A stretch of 64,000 nucleotides of DNA from positions 18,848,001 to 18,912,000 of the forward strand of contig NC_083240.1 of the NCBI RefSeq assembly GCF_032191835.1. Direction: 5' to 3'. Position numbers and translations under genes: made by a program. The notes beneath the pieces are model-generated. The model was not told the origin of the DNA, ran no database searches, and saw only the letters and a program-made list of their open reading frames with translations. The stretch is from Heteronotia binoei. Lineage: Eukaryota. Positions 1-11,943 of the stretch are shown one piece after another. How positions within the stretch are numbered: the stretch's first letter is position 1; every line of letters starts with the position of its first letter.

Positions 1-464
1 ACCATCCCACTTGCTATCAATTCTCTTCAATTTAAAGGGATGCCTACCAGCTTTGGTATTCAAAGCAAGCAACGGTGCCGTTTATTCCTGAATTGCACTC
101 GAAGTGGGCGTAATATTCAAGGAAGTGGGATGAGAATTGATTGCGACGTATTAATCCTGCCTGTGCTGAGCAAAGGTCAAGAGCAAACATTTGGTTAGAC
201 AACAGGAGTCGATGAAGTGAACTGAACTGCTTTCTTGCTCCAGTGAGAACGAAACACGCCCTTTTGTTGTAGAAGAGAGTGATATCATTACAGTCCACTG
301 TTGGCTCACAAATGTTTGCTCTTTTCCAACACACTAAATCAATGGCTTACAGAAAGAATATGTTCCCTCATTTGACCCACAAACCCTGTCAACGCTCCAG
401 TCCATCACAACTCAAATGTGCACTACAGAGAAGATTCTCAGGGCCTGCTGGAATTGGGAGTGTC

Positions 465-680
465 TGATTCCCCACTCCTCCACTTGCAGCTGCTGGAATG
501 GCCTTGGGTTAGTCATAGCTCTCACAGAGGCTGTCCTTGAAAGTGCAGCTTCTGTGACTCTCTCAGCCCCACCCATCTCACAGGGTGTCTGTTGTGGGGG
601 AAGAAGATAAAGGAGATTGTAAGCTGCTCTGAGACTCTGACTCAGAGAGAAGGGCAGGGTATAAATCTACAGTCTTCTTC
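465..680 (+). mobile_element. Long Squam3-type tRNA-derived SINE (gecko Squam3C-like), 5' truncated
   Basis: Same body and GGGTATAAATCT..AGTCTTCTTC tail as full copies in the window. Confidence 0.85.
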
Positions 681-1065
681 TCTTGTAGTCCCTTATATTT
701 CAGGCAGGGCTTTTCTTGAGCAGGAATGCAGTTCTGGCTGGCTTGGTGTCCTGGGGGTGTGGCCTAATAAACGAATAAGTTCCTGCTGGGCTTTTTCTAC
801 AAAAAGTGCCCTGATTTCAGGATAGACCAGTTTGGGCTGCTATCATCCGATTCTCTCCTTGATGCAAAATGTCAAAAGATGGCAGCCGCACCAAAGAAGG
901 GCATGGAGATAGGAGGCAGTCTTGGGAGTGAAGAGGGGCTACAAGGAGGTCTGGGGCAGCCCCTAACAGAAATGGGGATTTGACTGATGAACAGTGGCTC
1001 AGAAGAAAACCCTGTGTTTATACAGCAGACTGATCCCCTACTCTACACTACATGGAATTGATCCA

Positions 1066-1200
1066 CCCTGGTATAGTAGTTAAGAGTGCCAGAAAAGGAT
1101 CTGGGAGACCCAGGTTCAAATCCTTACTTTGCCACCGAGGCATGCTGGGTGACATCGGTCGTCACACACTCTCAGCCTGACCTACCTCATAGGGCTGTTG
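1066..1200 (+). mobile_element. Short older Squam3-type SINE, partial
   Basis: tRNA-like head ..GGGAGACCCAGGTTCAAATCC.., CTCAGCCTGACCTACCTCATAGGG. Confidence 0.7.
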
Positions 1201-2252
1201 CACAGGGAGCCCTTCAACAGCTGCTGACAAACCAGTTCATAAAGTCATGGATCACATCTATCAAGTACCGTAATGCCCTTCTGCTGTTGAGTTTCACAAC
1301 CCAAGTGCCTCTCCCCTCGGGGATGCTTCAGTTGGTCCAATAACCTATTCTCCATAGGTCATTTCCTCTTTGCACCCACAGGAAAACCACAAAGGACACC
1401 ACTGTGGCTCTAGTCACAGACTTAATTTGTTCTTCTAATTCATGGTAACAGCCCTTTTCCTTAGTGGCGTCTCTCAAATGTTCTTTCATGCTCAAAATTA
1501 ATTGTGACATTAATCACAATGGTTTTCCGGTGCCACACAAAAGAACAAGACAGGCCTCTGTAGCTCTCCTTTGGTCATCTTTAAACTTGGCTCAAAAAGT
1601 TGTGAGGTATTTTGAACCTCGCATCACACTTCCTATATCTGTGGACAAAATCCTGCAGATCTCTACCAAGAAACGCTCTTGTAGACAGCATGTTCACTCA
1701 AAACTTCAGGGCAGCTACAATCCTGATACTCTACAAGAGGCGATACAGTTCTGTTTCAGATAGCATTTTAGTAATGCTCAGGGCACGGCTTTTCTTGTAG
1801 AAAAAGCCCACCAGGAACTCATTTGCATATTAGGCCACACCTCCTGACATCACTATTGTTTCACACAGGGGTTTTTTGTAGAAAAAGCCCAGCAGTTCAT
1901 TTGCATATTGAGCCATACCTCGATGCCAAGCCAGTAACAAGGATTCTTTGCTCTATGAAACAGGCTGTGTGTAGATTTGTTGATAGTTGTTTGTTGTTTT
2001 CGGTTTTCTTATTTATGGCTGTATGCACTTAGGCCTTTTGGGGGTAGGGGAGATGACGGGATAATATTGCAATGACGTTTTCACTAAATGTGGCTTTTCC
2101 CAGCTATGGCATTAGACCAAAATATATATATAAAGCACACACAGATACTCCTAAAATGCCAGGGCAATACACAATGACTAGGAAAACAGATGTTTTAAAG
2201 GACTGAAGCGAAGACCTTTGGTGAGTTGATCGCAAGCCTCAATGAGGACACG

Positions 2253-2258
2253 TTTATT
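2253..2258 (-). terminator. Candidate OTUD3 poly(A) signal AATAAA
   Basis: tttatt on + strand about 1.05 kb downstream of the stop; position plausible only. Confidence 0.4.
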
Positions 2259-2802
2259 GAGATGACTGCAAAGATATGGCACTGTTACCTGCCTTGGTTA
2301 GTGCATTTTATATCTGTGAAACCTGTAACTGCCAAAAACCTGGATCGGTGCTACTTAACTCCTTCCTGTGTCGATCATCAATGAGTGCTTCTTTAAAAAT
2401 TACGAAGAAGGGTTGAGCAACAGGCCCGGTTCTCAGAGTGGTAGAACTATCGGAGAACTCAGGCCAAACCATAGCCTCAGTTTGAGAGCACATGAGAAGT
2501 GAATCATTTGCTAAGCTTCTTCGGGGCATCACATTCAAGCAGCACTGATGGCAGAAATGCCACCTGACCTCCTTTTAATTAAGACTGGGAACAATCCAGG
2601 TTTGCTAAGACAAAGAGAAGATGCCCTCCCCTGCTTTTTCTGCAGCACAGGTACACAACCCCGTCAAGTGCAGACTGGTGATGTAGGATAACTTCCTGTT
2701 TGCGGAGAATCATCTGTGCTGCCTCCCCCTCCCCCAACAGGCGGGCACCAGTTCCATAAGCTCTGCTTGGCATTTCTCTTTGTAAAGTTACAATTGAGCA
2801 AA

Positions 2803-2830
2803 AAGAAAGAAAGAAAGAAAGAAAGAAAGA
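2803..2830. repeat. (GAAA)n microsatellite in OTUD3 3'UTR region
   Basis: Directly visible. Confidence 0.9.
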
Positions 2831-3297
2831 ATAAAACCATCCCAAAAAAGACTCATTTTCAATACAGCCTTTGGCAGACTTTTGCTTTGGAATACAACTT
2901 GGGAAGAACTTTCTATTTACTTTGCCAAGGAGGAGGACACATTCCTGAGTTGGGAAAACCTGACACTCGTAGAGAACCGTTTAAATTAATTTACAAAGAA
3001 CAACCCTGGAAGCAACTATGGGGAAAGCTCCATGAGGTCTGCGGTGATGAGACCCGCAAGAGGGATTCTGTTCATAGGGCCCAGCAGTTCGCCCTCCAGT
3101 GAGGGTTAACTGGTCCCCTCTGGTCACGTATTGCCATTTTCGAACAAGGCCAAAGATCCACTTCACCTGAATCAAACAACTCAGCAACCACTGCCTGGAA
3201 ACCAGACCAGAAAGTGAGGCATTTGCTCTTAAGCAGGTGGTTTGCTTCGTCAAGCACAGGGACGTCAGTTCCATCTTCCCCGCAGGTCCACAGGCAA

Positions 3298-3474
3298 TCA
3301 GATGTTCAGAGCCGCCACGGTCTTCACCAGGGTGACCTGTGTCTCAGGGTCCACCCTGCTCTTGTTATTGTCAGCGTTGTTGTTCTTGCCGGCCAGAACT
3401 TTTTGCCGGTGTCGGTCTTCCTGGCGGCGTTTCTTTTCCAGCCGTTGCTGCTCCTTCTTTTGCTTATTGGACAC
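3298..3474 (-). CDS. OTUD3: OTUD3 exon 8, coding part (VSNKQKK...AALNI*)
   Basis: cgacag| acceptor; TGA at 3300-3298. Confidence 0.96.
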   Translation of the reverse strand: MSNKQKKEQQRLEKKRRQEDRHRQKVLAGKNNNADNNKSRVDPETQVTLVKTVAALNI

Positions 3475-6400
3475 CTGTCGAACGGGGGACAGTTAGGGAG
3501 GCAGCAAAGGGAACAAAAGAACACTTGAGCCTGATCTGGAGGGAGAGGGCTGGCAGCAGATTTTGGAAGGGGAGTCAAGGCAAGGAATGCTCCAAGGCTA
3601 CATCGTCAAGGCAGGAAAGAACAGAAGCATGGCCTGTGGGGTCATGGCTCCATAGCAGAACATCTGCCTGGCATGCAGGGAGTTTCCGGCTCAGTCCTCA
3701 GCATCTCCAGTTAAAAGGACCAGTCAGCAGATGGAAGACCTTCACCTGAGACCCTGGAGACCTGCTGCCAGCTTGAGCCGATGATACTGATCTGGAAATA
3801 CTAACAGTATGGATAAACACAGCCTTATGTGTTCTGCGCTAGGGAGGCAGAAAGGATTGGGACACCAGCTTTCAGCAACTAATTGGATCAGAAAAGGATC
3901 CCCTTATGCTACGGCGGCCATCACTAAAGGTAGAGGAAGGAAACAGCCTTACGTTCACACCACTGCTGGGGAACAGCGTTCCCTCTAAGCTGAGTTAGTG
4001 TGAGCGTGCTCACAGGTTTTTTGCTTTAGCTCATGAAAAATGGCCCCACAGCAAACTAATTTATGCAGCAGCTCACAGCTTTAATGCCAGTAGCTCTCAA
4101 AAGTACAATTTTTTGCTCACAAGCCTCCATAGCTTCGAGGGAACATTACTGGAGAAATGCGATTTTTGTCAGCCGGCCAGGCCACAGCCGCTTGGAGCGT
4201 TGTCAAGATCACAGTCACTCAAGCATCTCTCTGGAGTCTACTGCACCTGTGACAACACTGCTGCCGAATCACATGACACCCCTTCCATGCCCACACTACA
4301 CAAGTTCGGAAACTGGCTGGTCTCACAGCAGAGGAATTGGTGAAGCACCTTCCCAGAGGGTTCTGAAGCACACATTTTCTTGGTCAACAAATTTTCATAC
4401 ATGGCGTGAATCCGTGAGCAAAGCCTGCCCTCTGAACAGTGGAGAGAATCAAGGAAATGAGAAACAGAGGAATAGAGGAAACGAAGCACACACGGGACAC
4501 AGGCAGGGGGAAGGACCAATAATTCTAGCCACAGAACAGGGGATTGGCATGGAGAAGAAGCAGAGCATGGTAATAGACTCAGGGATGCCAGCAATATGCA
4601 TGAACTGGAGCTTGGGCAGTAGGAAGAGGTACGTCTTGGTAAAACTGCAGTAAGAGATGGAACAGAGACTGGACTGAAGCAGAATTAACAAAGCTAGCCA
4701 CACCAGGGAGGCAAACCTGAGTATCTGGGCAAGAGGGTGAGCGGCAACACTGCTGAAGAAGCAACAGAGAGTGAGTCGATAAGAATATCAAGAATTTCTG
4801 CTGACGACTTGCTAAGTCGGAGAGGCCGTGGAGTCATCCAGATTGATTCCTTCTGCTTCCTGAAGTACCAGCAACCCCCCCTCCCCAAAAGCCTGTCAAG
4901 CAACCTGCCCCATTCAGGTACCTTGGGAGCCTGCTTTTTACTGCTTTGGTTTCCTTCCGCAAGGCTTGTTGGGGCCTTGTTGTTTTCTATGCCCTGAGTT
5001 CCAAAAATTCGGGTGCCGCTTCCATTCTCCTCCCAGAGGGTCGACTGGGGATGCGACTTCTGTCGGTTTGCCTGAGCTTCCTGCACTTCTTCCTCATCTG
5101 AAAGGGGAAGTGAAGTGGGTCAGAAACAGGAGGTATTCCTTGGTGTCAGCACTGGTCGCTGTGGTATCAATAAAGAAATGTGCAAGTGAATACTGGGAAG
5201 CAATCAGAAGCTTTGTGTGGGCAGAATTGGGAGGGAAGAGGCAGAAGCTTGCATTTCCCAGTGAAGACTAATGGCGGAGGAAAAAGGCAACTAGCAGGCA
5301 GAAGGACTCATTGGGTACTTACGCAGCCTCTTCACCTCGTTCATTTGAAGAATGGCAAAAATTGCAGACTCGATACTGTAGTTCTCTGACTCAAGAACCT
5401 GGACAATTAAATCAGCATCCTGTAAGGGAAGAAAAAGACTTGTGAGAGGCCTAAAATGTCTTTGTTTAACTCCTGTAGAGTGTTCAAAACGCACCAACAG
5501 AACTACTGTGGCAGGTAAGGAAGGTGTTCTTGTCTTATTGCAAATGCAGAGCTGAGGCTAAAAGCTAAGACCACAGGGTGGGATTCATGAAACTGAAGCT
5601 TAATTCAAATTAGAGTCATCTGGAGCTGAGCCACTCTCGACCCTGTGAAGGCAACAGAGGTAGCCTAAACTAGAAGACCATCAGGGGACTGGGGTCAGGG
5701 AGAGCTGACCCCTGCAGTTCCACAAGGGAACATCCAAGCTCTCAGTGCTCTCAGCTTTCATGAGAAAAGGCATGCCCGCAAGTCTGTTTATGCCCAGAGG
5801 TCTAGTGGCAACTCATTTTCTGCAACTACATGGTACAAACTGAACCTCCAAAAGCTGTGGGGGGGGGGGTGGAGAAAAAAACCTCTTGGCAGATCTGCAA
5901 GTGGGGTGTTGAGATAGTTTGGCAGAATTAGTTACCCAAACTGCTTGCACCGAGAAGCACTTCCACCTCTGCATACAATTTCCAACCCAAGAGATGATAA
6001 ACTCTCACCAAACAGCCGGTTGCATTCCGAACTTTCTGCACCGCATCCTCGATTTCATCTCGTATCTCCTCTTCGGATTCCTCCTCCTCCTTACTTAGTT
6101 GGAGATTTTCTTTTTTGTTTGATTCATTTTTGCACAGCATCTGCAACCACACAAGGAGACAGCTCAGTTAATGCCTCCTGAGAGGGAACCAGACACCATG
6201 CAGACTGCTGGAAAGAGCAACCCTGCGGCCAGCTCCCCATTCTTGCTCTGTTAAGCATGTGACATAACATCAGGATGCCACATTCCCCCTTCTGTGGCAG
6301 TCAAGAAATCTATAGTACAAAGGTGCTCTCTAAAGTCACGTATTTCTCTAGGACCGAAAATGGAACTGCTGTTCTCAGTGGCAACCCTGTGATCTTTAGC

Positions 6401-9400
6401 AACTGCCGATTTAAGGGGACTGAATGCCACGGGGAAACTGTTCCCACACGCATGTGGGAGGAAGACAGGGAGAGAGTATTTGGGGAGCTCATCTGCAAGT
6501 CAAATTACCAGCTGTTCAGCTTCAGGAGCACATGACTGTACAGCACAGAGTAACTGCAGGGGAAACAGATCAATCATGTTGCAGCTCTGTGTGCACGTGG
6601 GAAAGGTGTGAAGCCACAATCTTTGCAGAACATCGACTGCCTTCATCATCTGGATGGGCAGCTGTTAGTCTGCTTGCAGCAGCAGAAAAGAGCAAGAGCC
6701 CAATAGCAACTTAAGGAATAATGCAATTTGTGGCAGAGCAAGAGTTTTTGTGAGTCATTGCTCACTTCTTAGTGACTCGTGAAAGCCGATACCCTGCCCC
6801 AAATGTTGTTAGTCTTAAAGGTGCTACTGGACTCTTGCTCTTTTCTACTGCTTCATCATTTGATCAGGCTTCCTTTCTTAGGTGCTTAAACAAGCTTCTT
6901 TAATAATGATCTCTTGAAAATGGCTGTTTCCAGGGCTTTCTTTGTAGAAAAAGCCCAGCAGGAACTCATTTGCATATTAGGCCACGCACCCCTGACATCA
7001 CCATTGTTTCACATAGGACTTTTTGTAGAAAAAGCTCAGCATGACCTCATTTGCATATTAGGCCACACCCCCTGCCACCAAGCCAACCGGAACTGTGTTC
7101 CTGCTCAAAAAAAGCCCTGGCTGTTTCCCTCCCTGCCGCCACATGCTCAATTTTGCTTTTTGCCCCCGAGGTTTCTCTCTATTTGTGGCCATAAGTTACA
7201 GAATTTGCCCACGACACTGATGCGATCAAAGGAGATTCTGAGGCACATTTAAACTGCACTTTCCTCCCCTGACAATGCATCAGACTTGTTACCCATCCAT
7301 CATGCCTCGAATGATTTATTTAAAGAGGGATTGTGTGGGTGCAAATCTCTGTTGAAGAATTACACTTCAGATGCTCATCCTTCACTTGACCGACTTGCCT
7401 AAAGTTGTTTTCACAGAGATGCTCACTTGCCACGTGCAAATCACTTTAAGGGGTGCAGCCGTGACTCAGCAACAGAACATCTGCTTATATGCAGAAGGTT
7501 GTTAAAAGGATTAGGTGACAGGTGATGTGAAAGATCCGAGAGCCACTGCAGTCAAAACAGACAATACCAACCTTCATAGATCAATGGGAGGGCCTATGGT
7601 TTGCAGAAGGTCTTGGGGTTCAATCCTCAACATCTCTAGTTAAAAAGGATCAGGTCGTGGATGATGTGAAAGACCTCTGCCTGAGCCCCTGGAGAGCCGC
7701 TGCCAGTCTGAGTAGACAATACGGATTTGGATGGGCCAGTGGTCTGATTCACTATAAGGCAGCTTCATATAGCATATCGTTGGTCTAACTTGGCAGAAGG
7801 AAACTTTATGCGTGCACTTGGCTTTGCACCCACGCTATTGCCCACCACTAACCAAGTGCAGCCAACACCCCCTGTGTCTTTAGACATCATCTAATGCTCC
7901 TGATGACCGAACAAACCTCTGTCTGTAATCGGGCAGGAGTCTCTGAGTTATCGTTGATTTTTCGAACGCTGTCATAGTGCTCTCCGTACCGGTAGGCAAT
8001 GTGCAGCTCCTGGGCATTGCTCCTGTCTGTTCCTCGAATCTGTGAAAGATGGAGTGACAGTTGGTGACAGGTCACCTACTTATAGATTTAAATCAGGATT
8101 TTCTGAAGAATTTTCAAGCAGGTGTTCTGTTAGCACAAGCTTGTTTACAATGCACTATTTTGTGCACTAAAGGGGCTAGTCCTCTCCTCTCTCTTCACAC
8201 TGTTCAAGACATTCTTCTGCAAACAGCTGTTTTGTGACAGGAGAGCAGGTCTGTGCCCATAAGTTCTTCTAGATTTGCTACCTGCTCGCTCAGTTTGAGG
8301 CTTACCTGCCACAGAGGGGCATTCAGCTGGTGGATAACCACGTTCACTTGATTGTTCCTCGCAAAGGCTACAATAGCATCATTGCCAGCGAAAGTGCCAG
8401 GCTGAGCCAAATTGGCAACTGGAAGAGATCAGAAGAGAAGAAATGTATTAAATGATACCAACCCTGTCCAAAGCCCTGAAAAAGATACCAAGCAGATAAA
8501 ACAACAGAAGCAAGACGGAACAACAGTCTCCTCAACAAGACAGAGTGGGAAGCAAGAAAGGACCAGTCATTACACTATTTAGTCAAATGCAAGACTAGGG
8601 TTTTTCTTAGGCATGCCATTGATAAAAAGATGGGCCATCTTACATTTACATACGAGCTACAGTTATGTCCAGTAACAAACAGCACTGCTAAGGGTTAGAG
8701 TGTCAGCCCTAGGATCTTGGGAGACTCCAGTTCAAACCCTCACCCTAACATGGGTGCTCACTAGGTGACCTTAGGCCAGATGTATACTCTCGACCTCATC
8801 TACCTTACAGAGTTGTTGTGAGAATAAAATGGGGGGAAAGAAAACAGTTTAAGCTGCTTTGGACTGTTAACAGGGAGGAAGGAAATAAATGAGGTAAATA
8901 AAAATAATAATAATTTGGCCTCCAGCCCCTTAGTTCTCATCTCCTACATGCCATCTGCCTTAGAAGGAGCATCACTGGGGTGCACCCACCGTGTTTCTCA
9001 AAGGGAATGTCATCTTCCACGAAAGGTTCAAAGTCTTCTCGCTGCTTTATCATGTAATCCACTGTTTCCTGGCGGTGCTTCAGGTGGTTCCGAGAGTGTC
9101 CTTCAAGCTGGTCCCCAAGAGCCCGGAACAAACAGTTGCTGGGAGGAAGACAGTCTGAAGGTTAGCGTGTTCCAAGCAACAGGAGGGAAAGGGTGCATTC
9201 ACATTAAAGGCAAGCAATATAATGAGACAACACCGTTGACCAGCAAACTCAAGCAATAAGAACTTCCTTCATTTGAATCCTGAAGCAAGACTTCTTATTT
9301 GCAGCCTTCACTTGCCTGCAATGAACTCTCCAGCTGACAACAAACACAAGTTTTCCTCCAAAGAGCAATACCTTCCTCCCTACTGCAATGTGCCAAGTCT

Positions 9401-11440
9401 GCCTTTGATCATAGCATTCACCCCACCATTTGCTATGCTCTATTTGATGTCAGAGATGTACAGGTCTCCCCTGCTGTATGAGTACAAGCCTTTATGGGAC
9501 TCTGAATCTCCTCCTCTAAGTTCAAATATTAACTATCAGGTTTCTGCAAATGATCTGCCATGTCTCCCTCGGGTGATTTCTTTCTCATCCCAGGGATGGA
9601 GTCATGCCATCCACAGGGGACTCTTCCTATCATGGTTTATGAGGCAGATGAGGGTCAGCTCCCATCCCTTAGTACACTGCCAAAGCACGTAAGCTTCCAT
9701 GGGCTATGCTGGAGTGGCAGAATCTGAAAGCAGCAGTCTTGTCCCCAAAGTAGAGCAAATGTCAGGATGTGAAAGGGCTGAAGAGGCAAGAAAAGGCAAC
9801 GGGGCCACTGCTTTCCAATACATAGGACCAAAACAGGACTGGCGAGCGCAAAGGAAGCACAATGCCCAAGTCAAATGCAGTTGTAACAAAATGCCAGGAT
9901 TTTTCAGAGACCAGTGTACATAAGCCCGCCTGTGAGTTCTTTCTTCCCCTGTCCATTTGTGAGCCTTTCCACTGACAGATGTCATTTCCCCAGTGGTGCT
10001 GGGCAGCATGCAGATACGAACACCACCACTCTGCCTATAGAGGTGCCCATCATTGCATACTCTCTGCAGGTTCTTCCCTGGTAGCTTGCGGTTGGGGTGT
10101 GTGTGTGGCTTTGCAGCTGTGGGTCTTGCCAGAAACTGTGGGCCCTGGCAACTGGCCCACCTCAGGGTATGCTGACATCTGCCCTGGCAAAAGCCTCTAG
10201 TACAGGGGTGTCGAACTCATTTGTTATGGGGGCTGAATCTAACATAAATGAGACCTTGTTGGGCCGGGCCATGTCGGGTTGGGCCCGAGTCATGTTGGGC
10301 CGGGCCGTGTGTGTACCTATTTCAGATTACGTAGCAGAAATATAAATGTTATAAATAACACAGACAAACACAAATATATTTTTAAAAACTTAAAACATGC
10401 TTAAAACATTAGCATTCGTTGGTCTTAAAGATGCTTTCTTTGTATTTCTCCCTTGGGATCCAGGGAACTGGGCAAAGGAAGCTCTCTGGCTCTTTCCTTC
10501 CTTCCCCGGAGGACTGGAGGGGGGGGGAGCCTCAGCCAATAGAAGGAAGAGAGGCTTGGCTCAGTAGCTCTGCTGTGCAATTGAGAGAGCCTGGGAAAGC
10601 AAGCTCTCCATCCCCCCCTTCCTCTCCAAGGGAGGAGCCTCAGCCAATGGAGAAAATAGAGACTTTGCTCTGTAGCTCCTGTGTGATACAGCAAACCTTG
10701 CAAAGCAAGCTGTGATGCAGAAGGAAGCAAAAGAGAGAGAGAAGGAAGGAGATGACAGCCAGTTGCTCAGGGGCCTGATAGAAGCCCTCCGGGAGCCTAA
10801 TTTAGCCCCCTAACTGCATGTTTGACACCCCTGATCTAGTAAGTGCTCAAACGCTGTCACTACCAGATTCTCCCAAGTGCAAAGCTAATAAAGACATAAC
10901 AGCCCTGGCAGGGGAGAGCCACTGGCAATTCCAAAGAAAGGGGTGCACAACAAGGGGGGACTCCAGAAGGCGGATGCACAACACGGGGGGGGGAGAATAT
11001 TTACCCCCCCCCGCCCTTCCTTCCTTAAAAGCACCAACTTTAACGCAGTGCACGGATGGCACCTGAGCAGCCGTTGCTGCGGTTCAGACCCCTCTATGGG
11101 CAATAGGGGGCGGGGCTTGCCTTGTCCCCGGGGCCGCCGACGCAGCGTGGCACGTTCCTTCTGGCGCGTGCGGCGGTTGGGGGCGTGGCTTAGAACACCG
11201 GCGACAGTTGGTTTGGGGGCGGGGCTTGGCTCACCCGTCGCCCGGCACCTCCCTGAGGCGCAGTCCGAGCGCTTGCAGCTGAGCGGCCAGGCCCCCGCCG
11301 CCGGCCCCGACTCCTTCGCCTTCCGCCTGAGGCCGGTTCCGCCTCTCGCGGGCCAGAGCCCTCCGCGCCGCCCGCTCATCCCGCTTGCGTTCCGTCTCCG
11401 CCTTCCCCGGCCGAGCCTTCGCCGCCTGCTTGCGAGACAT
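3298..11440 (-). CDS. OTUD3: OTU domain-containing deubiquitinase 3, 8 coding exons, 390 aa
   Basis: complement(join(3298..3474,4922..5097,5323..5419,6009..6140,7917..8039,8306..8418,8990..9138,11235..11440)) = 1173 nt, phases consistent, all GT-AG. Catalytic [18 protein letters not shown] and [10 protein letters not shown] motifs; C-terminus [13 protein letters not shown] matches vertebrate OTUD3. Confidence 0.97.
3974..4148. mobile_element. hAT MITE (CAGTGTTCCCTCTAAG family)
   Basis: TSD CTGGGGAA / CTGGAGAA. Confidence 0.85.
4922..5097 (-). CDS. OTUD3: OTUD3 exon 7 (EEEVQEA...KKQAPK)
   Basis: ctttcag| acceptor, weak donor AAG|GTACCT; 176 nt; phase fits exon 8. Confidence 0.88.
5323..5419 (-). 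CDS. OTUD3: OTUD3 exon 6 ([20 protein letters not shown]..., UBA-like region)
   Basis: cttacag| acceptor, |GTAAGT donor; 97 nt. Confidence 0.94.
6009..6140 (-). CDS. OTUD3: OTUD3 exon 5 (MLCKNES...ATGCL)
   Basis: gttgcag| acceptor, |GTGAGA donor; 132 nt. Confidence 0.94.
6931..7119. mobile_element. hAT MITE (CAGGGCTTT family, direct-module type)
   Basis: TIRs CAGGGCTTT / AAAGCCCTG; perfect TSD GCTGTTTC; related partial copy about 1780-1940. Confidence 0.9.
7917..8039 (-). CDS. OTUD3: OTUD3 exon 4 (IRGTD...HYDSV...LQTE)
   Basis: ttcacag| acceptor, |GTTTGT donor; 123 nt. Confidence 0.95.
8306..8418 (-). CDS. OTUD3: OTUD3 exon 3 ([14 protein letters not shown]...PLWQ)
   Basis: cttccag| acceptor, |GTAAGC donor; 113 nt. 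Confidence 0.96.
8685..8900 (+). mobile_element. Short older Squam3-type SINE
   Basis: Degenerate head and ACCTTACAGAGTTGTTGTGAGAATAAAATGG body. Confidence 0.7.
8990..9138 (-). CDS. OTUD3: OTUD3 exon 2 ([10 protein letters not shown]...PFEKH)
   Basis: ctcccag| acceptor, |GTGGGT donor; 149 nt. Confidence 0.96.
10203..10833. mobile_element. hAT (Charlie-type) non-autonomous element
   Basis: TIRs CAGGGGTGTCGAAC / GTTTGACACCCCTG; TSD CTCTAGTA / ATCTAGTA (7/8). Confidence 0.9.
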
Positions 11441-11700
11441 CGGTGGCTACTCGCTCTCGGACACAGGCTGCCGGGGCGGGGGGGCGGCGACTGCGCCTGC
11501 GCGACTGGTGGCCCCGCCCTGGCTCTGCCCCAGGTAGCGTCACGTGAGAAATGAAAGGGAGGCAATAGTACCGGGAAGTGGAACCATAGAGAGGAGATCC
11601 AGAGTGGTTCGGGCGAGCCCTTTCTCGCGATGTCAAGGCCGCCATCCGCTGTCCGTCGCTGGTATGGCCCGTTCACGTGGAAAGGTGTTGATCTGAAACA
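11050..11700 (-). promoter_or_regulatory. OTUD3 CpG-island promoter
   Basis: CpG-dense; GTCACGTG E-box/CRE-like 11539-11546, GGGAAGTGG ETS-like 11573-11581, TCTCGCGA 11623-11630, GC boxes. Confidence 0.85.
11235..11440 (-). CDS. OTUD3: OTUD3 exon 1 (MSRKQAAK...REVPGDG)
   Basis: ATG at 11440; donor GG|GTGAGC; 206 nt. Confidence 0.95.
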
Positions 11701-11744
11701 GGTTTGCCGCTTGAGGCGTATCTGCGTTTATTTGTGTGAGTGTA

Positions 11745-11943
11745 CTAGGTAGCCGGCTCCAGGTTGGCTCAGCCTTCCATCCTTCCGAGGTTGGTAAAAT
11801 GAGTACCCAGCTTGCTGGGGGGAAAGTGTAGATGACTGGGGAAGGCAATGGCAAACCACCCCGTAAAAAGTCTGCCGTGAAAGCAACTTCACCCCAGAGT
11901 CGGAAACGACTGGTGCTTGCACAGGGGACTACCTTTACCTTTT
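11745..11943 (+). mobile_element. Sauria SINE (Squam1), 3' part, next to OTUD3 promoter
   Basis: GGGGAAGGCAATGGCAAACCACC..GAGTCGGAAACGACTGG..GGGACTACCTTTACCTTT. Confidence 0.85.

Noticed and set aside
4063-4653. 196-aa + strand ORF in OTUD3 intron 7
   Set aside because: Starts inside a hAT MITE; no recognisable domain.
6522-6648. Box C/D snoRNA candidate (ATGATGA...CTGA on minus) in OTUD3 intron 4
   Set aside because: No terminal stem, no clear C'/D' boxes or rRNA-complementary guide.
10885-11676. Long ORFs of 263 aa (-) and 203 aa (+) over the OTUD3 island, and similar ORFs at 29377-30340 and 56623-57186
   Set aside because: Stop-poor GC-rich CpG-island DNA; Arg/Gly/Pro/Ala low-complexity translations with no domain or splice support.
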